From assembly GCA_034003955.1 (NCBI GenBank), contig JAVEXO010000008.1, positions 894 through 64,893 on the forward strand: a stretch of DNA of 64,000 bases. Reading direction: 5' to 3'. Both the position numbers and the translations under genes were made by a program. The DNA is from Spirochaetia bacterium. GTDB lineage: Bacteria; Spirochaetota; Spirochaetia; Treponematales; UBA12059. The notes below the pieces were generated by a model. That model ran no database searches. It was not told the DNA's origin and saw nothing but the letters and a program-made list of their open reading frames with translations. This document shows positions 7,500 through 16,792 of the stretch, in pieces (the stretch's first letter is position 1; each line of letters opens with the position of its first letter).

Positions 7500-9378
7500 G
7501 CGCCCGACCCTTGCGCTCGTGCTCTTCTTGACACTAGCGCCGGCCATGACGCTTATGGCTCAATCCCTTGCCGATACCGTGGTCAGAGATGCCGCATTGT
7601 GTGGCTCCCTGACCACAGCCGCTCGTGATGCTCTGAACCTGGGCTATGTCCAAGCGGCCCGTGAACTGCTCGATGAGGCTCTTTCCTTTGTTCCCTCTGA
7701 TCCGGACTCCAATTATCTGCGAGCCTTGCTTGGCCTATCCAATGGTGAGAACCTGGCTGACGCCTCGACACGATTAAAGACGGCTCTCTCAGGTGGAGAG
7801 TTCAGGCTGTACGAGACCGCAGATGCACGATTGCTGTACTCTTCTGTACTCCTGAGGACTGGACGTCCTGCAGAAGCCCTTCGCCTGTTACAAGGACTAT
7901 CTGTCAGTGCCGAATCCTTGTACATAGAGTCTGTAGCAGCCTTCAAGCTGGGTGATGCAGCAGGCTCTCGCGCGGCAGTGCTGTCATCGCTTAAGCGATA
8001 CCCCGTAGACCCAAGACCCTTGCTATCATGGCTACATGCAGGCAAGCGTAGTATCCGGGAAGCCGAAGATGCCCTGGTAGTAGAGGCTGGATTCCTGGCC
8101 TTACAGAAACTCAAGGAGATAGATCCGGGAATTCTCATTGCCCTGGCTCCGTATGCCGATTCTAGCGAGGCGGCTCGCTTGCTCGTAAGAGAATACAGGG
8201 CGATGGGGCATAGTAGCGCCGCAGCCACCGTTCTTGCCTTGTCTCTGGGTCTCATCAGTGAGGCGCGCGCCACCATGGAGATGGTTTCAGGCTCCTATCT
8301 ACTCAATCTGGAAGCCGTGCATGCCTTGTACTCACAACTAGCCAGCGACGAATCTCGCCAAGGCTTTGTTGACGCCTTCAAAGGCTTTTCTGGACTCATC
8401 ATCGCCGATGCCGACAGAGACGGCAATCCAGAAGAAAGCGTATGGTACGAAGCCGGGGTGCCTCAGCGCTGGCTTTTGGATGACAACCAGGATGGCATCC
8501 CTGAGATGGAGGCGACCTTCCTCTCAGGTATTCCCGTAGGTTTGAGCGCCGGCTTGGGTTCAGTTAGGTTATCGTTGAAATATGATAGCTGGCCTTATTT
8601 GCGTGAGGCGGGCTTCTCCGATGCTGATGGTCTTAGACGCTACTCTCTAGGTCCTGCCGTGTTATCGTATCCTGCCATCGCCATACACTCTTTGCCTGGT
8701 CTCAAGGGTCCCCCATACTTCATTTCCCGCCATGATGCTTCCTTGCCCACCGAGACTGCGGTATCCAGGCTAGCCTTTGCCGTGCACACATCGGGAAAGG
8801 GCAGTTCTAGTATCGAGCTTCACGATGGAATACCGGAGAGAGCCTGGTGGACCGACGAGTTTGAAAGAATTGGAAAGACAGTTTATAGCGCCGGTGTACC
8901 GAGCGACGAGCGTATCGATGCCGATGGAGATGGTATATTTGAGGCGCGCCGTGTCTGGCATAGGAACGAGTTCGGTAAACCCGAAGCCTCCTACCTTGAG
9001 CTTGACATCGATGGAGACGGCATCTACGAATATCGTGAGAGCCTCTCTGCCACCCGGCTTCGTTCCTGGGACTATGATGGCGACGGCTTGGTAGACATGA
9101 GCCTGGAAACGAATACTGACGGATCATTGGTATACCGACATTCAGGAATACAGGGGCTCACGGAGGCTGTCTACCTGGGCGGTTCTCTCGTACGCATGAC
9201 GGTAGCAGGCTTGCCAATGCCGCTCTTGAAGGATTCCGGGGGGCTGGTCGTCTGGATTGGCAAAAAACCCTTTGATTTTGGCGCAACGAGGCCAGAGATG
9301 GGGCGATCTAGCAAAAATGGCGTCATGTATACCGTCTTTGCTATAGAAGGAACCATATACGCTCAGCTGCTTGAATGA
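7489..9378 (+). CDS. secreted hypothetical protein: helical/TPR-like N-terminal half plus repeated DxDxDG calcium-binding-type loops
   Basis: GTG 7489 gives a textbook signal peptide, (M)[25 protein letters not shown], and overlaps the ftsH stop. The C-terminal half carries DADRDGNPEE, DDNQDGIPEM, DADGDGIFE, DIDGDGIYE and DYDGDGLVD. Function is unknown. Confidence 0.6.
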   Translation: MRPKRPTLALVLFLTLAPAMTLMAQSLADTVVRDAALCGSLTTAARDALNLGYVQAARELLDEALSFVPSDPDSNYLRALLGLSNGENLADASTRLKTALSGGEFRLYETADARLLYSSVLLRTGRPAEALRLLQGLSVSAESLYIESVAAFKLGDAAGSRAAVLSSLKRYPVDPRPLLSWLHAGKRSIREAEDALVVEAGFLALQKLKEIDPGILIALAPYADSSEAARLLVREYRAMGHSSAAATVLALSLGLISEARATMEMVSGSYLLNLEAVHALYSQLASDESRQGFVDAFKGFSGLIIADADRDGNPEESVWYEAGVPQRWLLDDNQDGIPEMEATFLSGIPVGLSAGLGSVRLSLKYDSWPYLREAGFSDADGLRRYSLGPAVLSYPAIAIHSLPGLKGPPYFISRHDASLPTETAVSRLAFAVHTSGKGSSSIELHDGIPERAWWTDEFERIGKTVYSAGVPSDERIDADGDGIFEARRVWHRNEFGKPEASYLELDIDGDGIYEYRESLSATRLRSWDYDGDGLVDMSLETNTDGSLVYRHSGIQGLTEAVYLGGSLVRMTVAGLPMPLLKDSGGLVVWIGKKPFDFGATRPEMGRSSKNGVMYTVFAIEGTIYAQLLE

Positions 9379-9496
9379 GGCCAGGTTTAGTTTAAGCTTG
9401 CCTTGTGTTGACTAGCACCGGGTTATACACTGATACCAGTGGGTATCCTAGCGCCTTGCGTCTCCTCCATACACGTTTTTAAAAAGAGAGGCTGGC

Positions 9497-10345
9497 TTGA
9501 ACGAAAGCGATATAAACAGGGTCGGTTCTCATATTTCTGATGCGCGGTTCAAGCGTCTATCAGCATTCATCGAGAAGGAAATTGGCATTAAAATGCCTGA
9601 TACAAAACGAAGCATGATAGAAAGCCGTCTTCAGAAACGCCTAAGGGTGCTTCACATGAAGAGCCTTGATCAGTATATCGATAGCGTCTTTTCAGGAAAC
9701 GATGTTGAACTTGTCCACATGATAAATGTGATTACTACAAACAAGACAGATTTCTGGCGCGAACCAGATCACTTTGACCTGCTGGTTTCGAGGCTTCTGC
9801 CTACGATGAGGCTAGCGCTTGGTGAAAACCACAGCTATTCATTCTGGTCGGCTGGATGCGCAACAGGAGAGGAGCCATACACCCTTGCCATGGTTCTGGA
9901 GGAGTATGGTGTTTCTAATCCTGGTTTTAATTACAGGATCGTGGCCTCCGATATATCGACGAGCGCCCTCGATGTGGCCTTAAGCGGAGTCTACCAGGCA
10001 AGTAAGGTATTACCAGTCCCTTTGTCATATCGTAAAAAATACCTTTTGCGTAGCCGAGACCCCCAGCGTGATGAAGTACGAGTCAAGAAGGATCTAAGGG
10101 ATAAGATAAGTTTTTTACGGCTCAATTTCATGGATAGTAGTTTCCCATTCGATGGCGTGTTCGATGTCATATTCTGCAGGAACGTTATAATCTATTTTGA
10201 CCGTCCTACCCAGGAGCGCCTTCTGTCTACCATGTGTAGATACCTCCCTTTGGGGGGGCATCTTATTCTAGGGCATTCGGAGACTCTAACGGGGATGAAC
10301 CTTCCCCTTCACAGTGTTGCACCTACCGTTTACAAACGCGTATAG
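9497..10345 (+). CDS. cheR: chemotaxis protein methyltransferase CheR
   Basis: The CheR N-terminal helical domain is present (FKRLSAFIEKEIGIKMPDTKRSMIESRLQKRL). The SAM-binding segment is FWSAGCATGEEPYTLAM, followed by IFCRNVIIYFD. A TTG start is required to retain the N-domain. AGAGAGG lies 8 nt upstream. Confidence 0.9.
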   Translation: MNESDINRVGSHISDARFKRLSAFIEKEIGIKMPDTKRSMIESRLQKRLRVLHMKSLDQYIDSVFSGNDVELVHMINVITTNKTDFWREPDHFDLLVSRLLPTMRLALGENHSYSFWSAGCATGEEPYTLAMVLEEYGVSNPGFNYRIVASDISTSALDVALSGVYQASKVLPVPLSYRKKYLLRSRDPQRDEVRVKKDLRDKISFLRLNFMDSSFPFDGVFDVIFCRNVIIYFDRPTQERLLSTMCRYLPLGGHLILGHSETLTGMNLPLHSVAPTVYKRV

Positions 10346-10364
10346 TTGATCCGAAAGGCAGCTC

Positions 10365-11435
10365 ATGGAAAGCATCAAGGTACTGATAGTGGATGACTCG
10401 GCGGTTGTACGGCAGACGCTGAAGGAGCTCCTCGATACTGACCCGGCAATAGAGGTCATAGGCGTGGCCTCTGATCCTCTCTTTGCCTTCAAGAAGCTGG
10501 AGTCAGGCAGACCAGATGTCATCGTCTCTGATATAGAGATGCCACGCATGGATGGTATTACGTTCTTAAAGAAAATCATGGAGACGATGCCCATGCCCGT
10601 AGTTATATGCTCTAGCATGACCGAGGCCGGATCCGATAACGCCATCAGGGCCATGGAGTACGGAGCCGTAGACATAATCCAGAAACCAAAACTTGGAACC
10701 AAGCAGTTCCTTGAAGAATCCAGGGTAGAGATATGTGATGTTGTAAAGGCGGCTTATGCATCAAAGCGCGGTAGAAGGCCCTCTCCGCTTCCCATGCGGG
10801 ATATCCAGCCAAAATTGACCGCAGACGTCATGTTGCCGGCACCCGGCACGAGCCACATCATAGAGACGACTGAAAAAGTCGTCGTCGTCGGAGCCTCGAC
10901 GGGTGGCACCGAGGCTCTGAGGGTATTCCTGGAGGCTCTGCCTGGGGACGCGCCTGGTATGGTCATAGTACAACACATGCCTGAAAACTTTACCGCGGCC
11001 TTCGCACGGCGGCTCGACAGCCTGTGCAGGGTAAGCGTAAAGGAGGCAGAAGATAACGACACGGTCATTCGAGGGCGAGTGCTTATCGCCCCTGGCAACA
11101 AGCACACCCTTCTCAAGCGCTCAGGAGCGCGTTACTATGTAGAGGTAAAGGATGGACCGCTGGTATGCAGGCACAGGCCAAGCGTCGATGTGCTATTCAG
11201 ATCCGCCGCACGCTATGCGGGAGGCAACGCGGTGGCTGTCATCATGACCGGTATGGGCGATGATGGCTCGCGCGGGATGAAGGAGATGCATGACGCCAAG
11301 GCCTGGACAATAGCACAGGATGAGGCCAGCTGCGTCGTGTTCGGCATGCCTAACGAGGCCATAAAACTGGGAGCGGTCGATGTCATACTGCCCCTCGGGG
11401 ACTTAGCCGGGGCAACGCTCAAGGCTTCACGCTGA
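10365..11435 (+). CDS. cheB: protein-glutamate methylesterase/glutaminase CheB (REC + CheB_methylest)
   Basis: The receiver domain reads [13 protein letters not shown]...[14 protein letters not shown]. The esterase domain reads [13 protein letters not shown]...IVQHMP...TGMGDDG. Confidence 0.92.
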   Translation: MESIKVLIVDDSAVVRQTLKELLDTDPAIEVIGVASDPLFAFKKLESGRPDVIVSDIEMPRMDGITFLKKIMETMPMPVVICSSMTEAGSDNAIRAMEYGAVDIIQKPKLGTKQFLEESRVEICDVVKAAYASKRGRRPSPLPMRDIQPKLTADVMLPAPGTSHIIETTEKVVVVGASTGGTEALRVFLEALPGDAPGMVIVQHMPENFTAAFARRLDSLCRVSVKEAEDNDTVIRGRVLIAPGNKHTLLKRSGARYYVEVKDGPLVCRHRPSVDVLFRSAARYAGGNAVAVIMTGMGDDGSRGMKEMHDAKAWTIAQDEASCVVFGMPNEAIKLGAVDVILPLGDLAGATLKASR

Positions 11436-11473
11436 TGCTTTAATAGCAAGAATGTTATCTTCAAGGAGGAACC

Positions 11474-11842
11474 ATGCCAAAGAATATCCTTATAATCGAT
11501 GATTCAGCCGCCATACGGCAGAGCATATCCTATATCCTCGGGCAGGAAGGCTATACGACGGTTGAAGCCTGTGACGGCCTGGAAGGCGTAGCCAAGCTGG
11601 ATGAAGGCATCGACTTCGAATGCATCATCACCGATGTCAATATGCCAAACATGGACGGCATTGCCTTTATCCGTAAGGCACGGGCCATTGCAAAGTATAA
11701 ATTTGTACCTATCCTTGTTTTGACGACCGAGTCTCAGAGTGGCAAGATGAATGAAGGCAAGGAAGCCGGTGCCACCGGTTGGATAGTCAAGCCATTCAGC
11801 GCCGACAAGCTGCTCGCCGTAGTCAAGAAGGTATCGGAATAG
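11474..11842 (+). CDS. cheY: single-domain response regulator CheY
   Basis: It is 122 aa. Motifs are ILIIDDSAAIRQ, ITDVNMPNMDG, VLTTES and IVKPF. AGGAGG lies 5 nt upstream. Confidence 0.88.
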   Translation: MPKNILIIDDSAAIRQSISYILGQEGYTTVEACDGLEGVAKLDEGIDFECIITDVNMPNMDGIAFIRKARAIAKYKFVPILVLTTESQSGKMNEGKEAGATGWIVKPFSADKLLAVVKKVSE

Positions 11843-11856
11843 AGAGGCGTGTTACC

Positions 11857-13770
11857 ATGAAGCCCGACAAGGCTGGAGCTCGAATCGTCATCTGTGAAGA
11901 CGAGCGCATCGTAGCACTCGACATCAAGGCATTCCTCCTTCGCAATAATCATGAGGTCATCGGTATATACGCGACAGCCGAGGAACTCCTTATGGATGCC
12001 AAGAGTTTAAGCCCTGATCTTGTCCTCATGGACATACATCTCCAAGGCAAGATGGACGGCATCGAGGCTGCCGACATACTGCTTAAACGCTGGTCAATTC
12101 CTGTCATTCTGCTTACGGCCTATGCCGATGGGCCAACAATAGAGCGGGCTAATCTTACGCATCCCTTTGCCTACATTCTAAAGCCATACGACGAACGGGA
12201 ACTCAAGACAGCCATATCAATAGGTCTCTATAGGGCGTCTATGGAGCGCCGCCTGCGTCGTAGCGAGGAACGATACCGGGGCTTGTTTGAAGAAGGGCTT
12301 GCATCGACCATGCTTGTCGATACAGATGGATCAATACTTGAATCAAACAGAGCCTTTGGTAGATTCTCAGGCGGAGCATCCAGTATCCAGGACTTTCTCT
12401 ACAACAGCGAAGACGTCGGGGCTCTTTTGTCTGTCATGGCCAGTGGAGAAGTCCTTGCTCCTCGAGAAGTAAGGATACGAACCACGGATAGCCAGGAGTC
12501 ATGGGCTCTGCTCAGTGCCGCCCCCATAGAGCTGCCCGACGGGGCATCGGCATATCAGTGTCAGGCGGTAGACGTAACAGAGAGAAAGACACTCATGGAA
12601 CAGTTGATCCATGCTCAGAAGCTGTCTGCCCTTGGCCGCTTTGCCGGTGGAGTAGCCCACGACTTCAATAACGTCTTGACGGCCATCATGGGTTATGCGC
12701 GGTTGCTACGATCCGACTTCGAGACTGAGGGTAGAAGTCCTGATGAGCTTGATGGCATAGAGCAGGCAGCCAAGAGGGCCGCAGGAATATCAAGGCAACT
12801 CTTGATGTTCTCAAGGCGGGACGAACTACGGCCCAAGGTGTTCAAGCTATCAGATATGGTCAAGGATAATGTCCGTATGCTCAAGCGCATTCTCGGAGAT
12901 GATGTCAGTATAGTGACTCGTCCCTTCGAAGGCGATGACTCGGTATTAGCCGATAGGACCAGGATAGAACAAGCGCTTGTAAACCTCGTTTCAAATGCCA
13001 AGGATGCCATGCCCGAAGGGGGCAGGATCATCGTTTTAAGTGGTGTCATGCATGTCGGTTCCGAGATGCCGGGCATCATGGAGTCGGTACCTGCCGGATC
13101 CTGGGCATTCCTTGAAGTCATTGACCATGGTACGGGTATAGACCCGGATCACCAGTCTAGGATTTTCGACCCATTCTATACGACAAAGGCGCCTGATCAG
13201 GGTACTGGCCTGGGGCTTTCTACGGTGATGGGAATCGTCAGACAGGCGCGTGGCCGCATGACCATGAGCTCCGGTAAGAACGAGGGGACGACAATGCGCT
13301 TGCTCTTCCCCCTGGCTCTGGAACCGGAAAAAGGCGAGACGCACGATGCACCCTTGATAGGCGGTTCAAGCGTAGCTTCCGAACCCTTTGGCCCAGGAAA
13401 GAAACGCAGGGTCCTTCTTGTCGAGAAGGATGATTCGGTCAGAGCCATAGTCGAGGTTTTGCTTGACCGCTCGGGTTTTAGCGTTACTTCTGCCAGTCAG
13501 CCAGGCGAGGCTCTACTCCTCGTAGAGCATGAGTCGAGTGTTCCAGACATACTGGTTGGCGATAATACCATGCGATTGTTAAGTGGACTGGAATTGACGG
13601 GGCGTTTGCGTCTTAGCTATAAGGATCTCCCTGCTCTCCTTCTCCGTGGTCAGGAAGAGGCAGGCAGTCATGAATCTACAGGAAAACCGCCACCAGAAAA
13701 GATAGCATACCTCGACAAGCCATTCTTTGGAGAAGACCTTATTGCGGCCATCCTGGCACTCCTGGATTGA
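11857..13770 (+). CDS. hybrid sensor histidine kinase, REC-PAS-HisKA-HATPase_c-REC
   Basis: The N-terminal receiver reads IVICEDERIVALD...LVLMDIHLQGKMDG...ILKPY. A PAS-like region follows. The H-box is FAGGVAHDFNNVLTAIMGY. N and G boxes are present (NAKDAMPEGG, DHGTGI, GTGLGLS). The C-terminal receiver reads VLLVEKDD...YLDKPF. ATG 11857 sits behind AGAGAGG. No TM segments are seen, so it is probably cytoplasmic. Confidence 0.85.
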   Translation: MKPDKAGARIVICEDERIVALDIKAFLLRNNHEVIGIYATAEELLMDAKSLSPDLVLMDIHLQGKMDGIEAADILLKRWSIPVILLTAYADGPTIERANLTHPFAYILKPYDERELKTAISIGLYRASMERRLRRSEERYRGLFEEGLASTMLVDTDGSILESNRAFGRFSGGASSIQDFLYNSEDVGALLSVMASGEVLAPREVRIRTTDSQESWALLSAAPIELPDGASAYQCQAVDVTERKTLMEQLIHAQKLSALGRFAGGVAHDFNNVLTAIMGYARLLRSDFETEGRSPDELDGIEQAAKRAAGISRQLLMFSRRDELRPKVFKLSDMVKDNVRMLKRILGDDVSIVTRPFEGDDSVLADRTRIEQALVNLVSNAKDAMPEGGRIIVLSGVMHVGSEMPGIMESVPAGSWAFLEVIDHGTGIDPDHQSRIFDPFYTTKAPDQGTGLGLSTVMGIVRQARGRMTMSSGKNEGTTMRLLFPLALEPEKGETHDAPLIGGSSVASEPFGPGKKRRVLLVEKDDSVRAIVEVLLDRSGFSVTSASQPGEALLLVEHESSVPDILVGDNTMRLLSGLELTGRLRLSYKDLPALLLRGQEEAGSHESTGKPPPEKIAYLDKPFFGEDLIAAILALLD

Positions 13771-13776
13771 TACGCC

Positions 13777-14487
13777 TTAAGAGAGTATAGAGGCGTACAT
13801 TCTTGCCTCTATTTCGGCAGCGGCTCCGCTTGCGTAGGCTCTATCATCCTTTGAAAGATCGAGGTCGAAGACATCCCTCGTCCTGGCAGGCTTCTCTGAC
13901 AGCGTGATTATCTTGTTGCCTAAGTATATGGCCTCCCTTACATCGTGGGTCACCACGATGGCACTACGCCCGTCTGCGGCTCTCAGGTCAAGAAAGAGGT
14001 CCATCACCGCTATCCTGGTCTTTAGGTCCAGGGCGGAAAACGGCTCGTCGAGCAACAAGACATCTGAAGGGTAGGCGAAGGCTCTGGCCAGGGCCACGCG
14101 TCTGCGCATGCCACCAGAGAGGGCTCCCATCCTTGCCTTTGCGTTGGCTGATAGTCCCACGGCAGAGAGCGATTGCTCCGCTACGCTTAGGGCCTTGGAA
14201 TACTCCATGCCCTGCCGTAAGACGAAGGCCACATTATCAAGGGCGCTCATCCAGGGGAGGAGCCTGTCTTCCTGGAAAACGTAGCTTGTCTTTCCTTGTT
14301 CAAAGCCAATAACCGTTCCTGTATACGATAGATCAAGCCCGGCCAGGATATTGAGGATGCTCGTCTTGCCGCAACCCGAGGGGCCAAGCACGACGCTAAT
14401 GCGCCCTTCTGGAAAGCTCAGGCTCAATTCGTCAAGCACCGTTACGTCGCCAAAGGACTTACTGAGGTTTTTTATTTCGTAGGCCAT
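13777..14487 (-). CDS. ABC transporter ATP-binding protein (nitrate/sulfonate/taurine-type)
   Basis: Walker A is GPSGCGKTS, the signature is LSGGMRRRVALARA, and Walker B is LLLDEPFSALD. The likely start is MAYEIKNLSKSF. Confidence 0.85.
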   Translation of the reverse strand: MAYEIKNLSKSFGDVTVLDELSLSFPEGRISVVLGPSGCGKTSILNILAGLDLSYTGTVIGFEQGKTSYVFQEDRLLPWMSALDNVAFVLRQGMEYSKALSVAEQSLSAVGLSANAKARMGALSGGMRRRVALARAFAYPSDVLLLDEPFSALDLKTRIAVMDLFLDLRAADGRSAIVVTHDVREAIYLGNKIITLSEKPARTRDVFDLDLSKDDRAYASGAAAEIEARMYASILS

Positions 14488-15233
14488 GATAGCCTTCTGG
14501 CCAGGAGATCGAAGGCCATGTCGCTGAGTGCACACAGCACTACTCCGACCGAGGCCCAGGCGAAGACTTCTGCCGTCTCAAGCATGATGCGGGCATTCTG
14601 CATGCCGGTACCCAGTGCGTTAGCCGGTTGGCTCAAGACCTCTCCAGCTACCACGACCTTCCACGACAGGCCTACGGCGTTCTTGGCAGCCGAGACGACG
14701 TGGGGCATGGCCGATGGGAGGCGAATGTATAGGGATGCGTCGCGCGGTGAGACGGAGAAGGCTGAAGCCATCTCCAGGAGCCTATGGTCGGCAGAACGAA
14801 CCCCTGCGCTGACGTCTGCTGCTACCACTGGAAACGCCATGATGACCGCTGAGAACACAGGCACGACTCCAGAGGGGAACCATATGAGCGCTATCAGTAT
14901 GACAGCCAGCACCGGTGTGGCCCGGATTATGGTAAGACCGGGCCCCATGAATGATTCAAAGCGGGGAGAGACGCCGGCTGCAAAACCTGCGGCCACACCA
15001 AGCAGCATCGATATGCCGAAGGCTGCAAGGCCTCTGAGGATGGTGGCTCCCAGCGAAGAAGCGAACTTGTCGCTGGCTATGACTTCAAAGAGGGTCGTTA
15101 ATACCCGCTCGGGTGGAGGCAGTATTATGTCGGTGCCTATGCCTACAGCGGCAAGTTTCCAGACCGCCAGTATGACGGCTACGGCCAGGAAGCCATCGGC
15201 TCTAGCGTGTGATGGTCGCGTACCAGTCTCCAT
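14472..15233 (-). CDS. ABC transporter permease (BPD_transp_1, SsuC/TauC-like)
   Basis: It has multiple TM helices and sits between the binding-protein and ATPase genes. The start is uncertain (15233 or 15269). Both overlap the upstream gene. Confidence 0.8.
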   Translation of the reverse strand: METGTRPSHARADGFLAVAVILAVWKLAAVGIGTDIILPPPERVLTTLFEVIASDKFASSLGATILRGLAAFGISMLLGVAAGFAAGVSPRFESFMGPGLTIIRATPVLAVILIALIWFPSGVVPVFSAVIMAFPVVAADVSAGVRSADHRLLEMASAFSVSPRDASLYIRLPSAMPHVVSAAKNAVGLSWKVVVAGEVLSQPANALGTGMQNARIMLETAEVFAWASVGVVLCALSDMAFDLLARRLSWPTK

Positions 15234-16200
15234 CGGGTAGCTTGGATCCAATTGATGCCGGTGACGCATTCAGGAACACACCGAGTAGAGCCTCTATGGC
15301 GGGACGAGAATCCTTTGCATTCACGTATGTAAAAGCGCATGCCGGAATGGCGGCACTTGCTATGGCTGCCTTTAGACCCATGTCATGCTTCTCAACGAGG
15401 ATGCCTGCCGATACAGGGTCGGCGAGTACGCCTGCTATAGAGGCCTCGTAGGCCTTGGCCAAGGCAACTACGGCTTCAGGCCTCTCCTCAATGAGGCTAG
15501 AACGAACGACAAACACGCTCATGGGATAGTCGCTCTGCCCTGTAGCCGCTGTCCAGGCGTCTGACAGGGAGAAGGGTACCCTGGCCGCGGGATTGCCTTT
15601 GAGAGCCATCGTGGCGAATGGTTCAGGCAGTACGGCAGATTCTATCCTGCCAGCAGACAGGCTCGCGGCTATTTCAGGGTAAGGCATGCTAAAAATCATG
15701 TTAAGATCGGTATTGGGATTGAGCCCGGCCTTTGGCAGTATCGTTCTCATAAGGAATTCAGGCGTCGCGCCTTGGCCGGCAACATACAGGTCCCGCCCGC
15801 GAAGATCACCGAGGCTTGTCAGGCTCATATCGCTGCTGACGAGTTTAACCATGCCGTTACCAACGACGGCTACCAGGCGATAGCCTAGACCGGAATTGTA
15901 TAACTTGGCGGCCATGTTGACCGGTAGGACGGCGGCGTCTATCTGGCCAGAAAGGAGCCTTGCGGCCATGACGTCTGCCGAGGGTATGGCCTCGAAGGTG
16001 GCGCTTGAGGCCTGGGGAAGCTGGGGGGCCGTCTCAAAGAGACGTATCATGCCTATGCCTGTAGGCCCCTTGAGTGCGCCTACACGGATTGTAATTGGAG
16101 CGAGCGTCTCTGACACCATGGGGGCGTCCTTGTTTCCAAGCGCGAAGAGCGGGATAGCTAGTATCATGGAAGCTAGTATGAATGAAAAAATGCGTTTCAT
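15202..16200 (-). CDS. ABC transporter periplasmic substrate-binding protein (NMT1/SsuA-like)
   Basis: The signal peptide is MKRIFSFILASMILAIPLFALG. It is the first gene of the three-gene importer operon. The substrate cannot be assigned from sequence alone. Confidence 0.7.
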   Translation of the reverse strand: MKRIFSFILASMILAIPLFALGNKDAPMVSETLAPITIRVGALKGPTGIGMIRLFETAPQLPQASSATFEAIPSADVMAARLLSGQIDAAVLPVNMAAKLYNSGLGYRLVAVVGNGMVKLVSSDMSLTSLGDLRGRDLYVAGQGATPEFLMRTILPKAGLNPNTDLNMIFSMPYPEIAASLSAGRIESAVLPEPFATMALKGNPAARVPFSLSDAWTAATGQSDYPMSVFVVRSSLIEERPEAVVALAKAYEASIAGVLADPVSAGILVEKHDMGLKAAIASAAIPACAFTYVNAKDSRPAIEALLGVFLNASPASIGSKLPDGDWYATITR

Positions 16201-16321
16201 CTGGGAACCTCTTGCATACGATATTTTCTTACACATATGATAACGAGCCGCGAAGACATGGACAAGCCCGATTGAGGCATTGCGCTTTCAACGGAGACAG
16301 TTTTTCAATATAGTATGTAGT

Positions 16322-16792
16322 ATGCGATGTGATGTATGCGGCTCAAGCGATAGCGTTTTCTTCGTAAAGCCCGATGGCGCGGGTGGGGAACTCCATGTTT
16401 GCAGATCCTGTGCCGTCCTCAAAGGCTATGCCCAGGCGGGAGATGGCCTCGGAGCCAGGCTCGATTCATTTCTTAACGAGGAGAATACGGCTCTTGGCCC
16501 CTGTCCCCATTGTGGATGGACGGCAGAGAGACTGGCCACAAGCGCTCAGCTGGGCTGTACGCACTGCATCAAGGTTTTCAAGCGTGAGATCATAGCCTTA
16601 CGGAAGAGAGCAGGAGCAAGCGCTATGTATGATGGCAAGGTTGCGAGAGCCTCACCTGTCATTGATGCAGACGCAGGAACAAGGATGGATCTCTCTATTT
16701 CGCTTGAAAAAGCGCTGCGAGAAGAAGATTTCGAGAAGGCCGCACGTATTAGAGACAGTCTTATATCCAGCTCTAAAAGGCCACGGGCATGA
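16322..16792 (+). CDS. mcsA: McsA-like protein (two CxxC zinc-finger pairs plus UVR-like motif)
   Basis: The cysteine pairs are CDVCG...CRSC and CPHCG...CTHC. The C-terminal motif is EDFEKAARIRDSL. The architecture and the position immediately upstream of an McsB-like gene and clpC match McsA. The start is taken as ATG 16322; the track start is TTG 16280. Confidence 0.72.
   Translation: MRCDVCGSSDSVFFVKPDGAGGELHVCRSCAVLKGYAQAGDGLGARLDSFLNEENTALGPCPHCGWTAERLATSAQLGCTHCIKVFKREIIALRKRAGASAMYDGKVARASPVIDADAGTRMDLSISLEKALREEDFEKAARIRDSLISSSKRPRA

Noticed and set aside
9441-9456. Small inverted repeat GATACC-AGTG-GGTATC upstream of cheR, considered as an operator. I also looked for a sigma28-type promoter here.
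   Set aside because: A 6-bp stem is expected by chance in 64 kb. No TAAA-N15-GCCGATAA-like motif is present. There is nothing to tie it to regulation.
14518-15240. 240-aa plus-strand ORF antisense to the ABC permease
   Set aside because: It lies entirely inside a confidently identified minus-strand permease. The product is Ala/Ser/Thr/Met-rich with no motifs. This is the typical shadow ORF of a GC-biased coding region.
16201-16321. Search for a CtsR operator (GGTCAAA direct repeat), a CIRCE element, or a TPP riboswitch in the divergent spacer between the NMT1-like ABC operon and mcsA
   Set aside because: Only a TTTCAA...TTTCAA pair and a TATAGT -10-like hexamer are present, with no heptad repeat or inverted repeat. 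The spacer is too short and lacks the conserved TPP-riboswitch strings.
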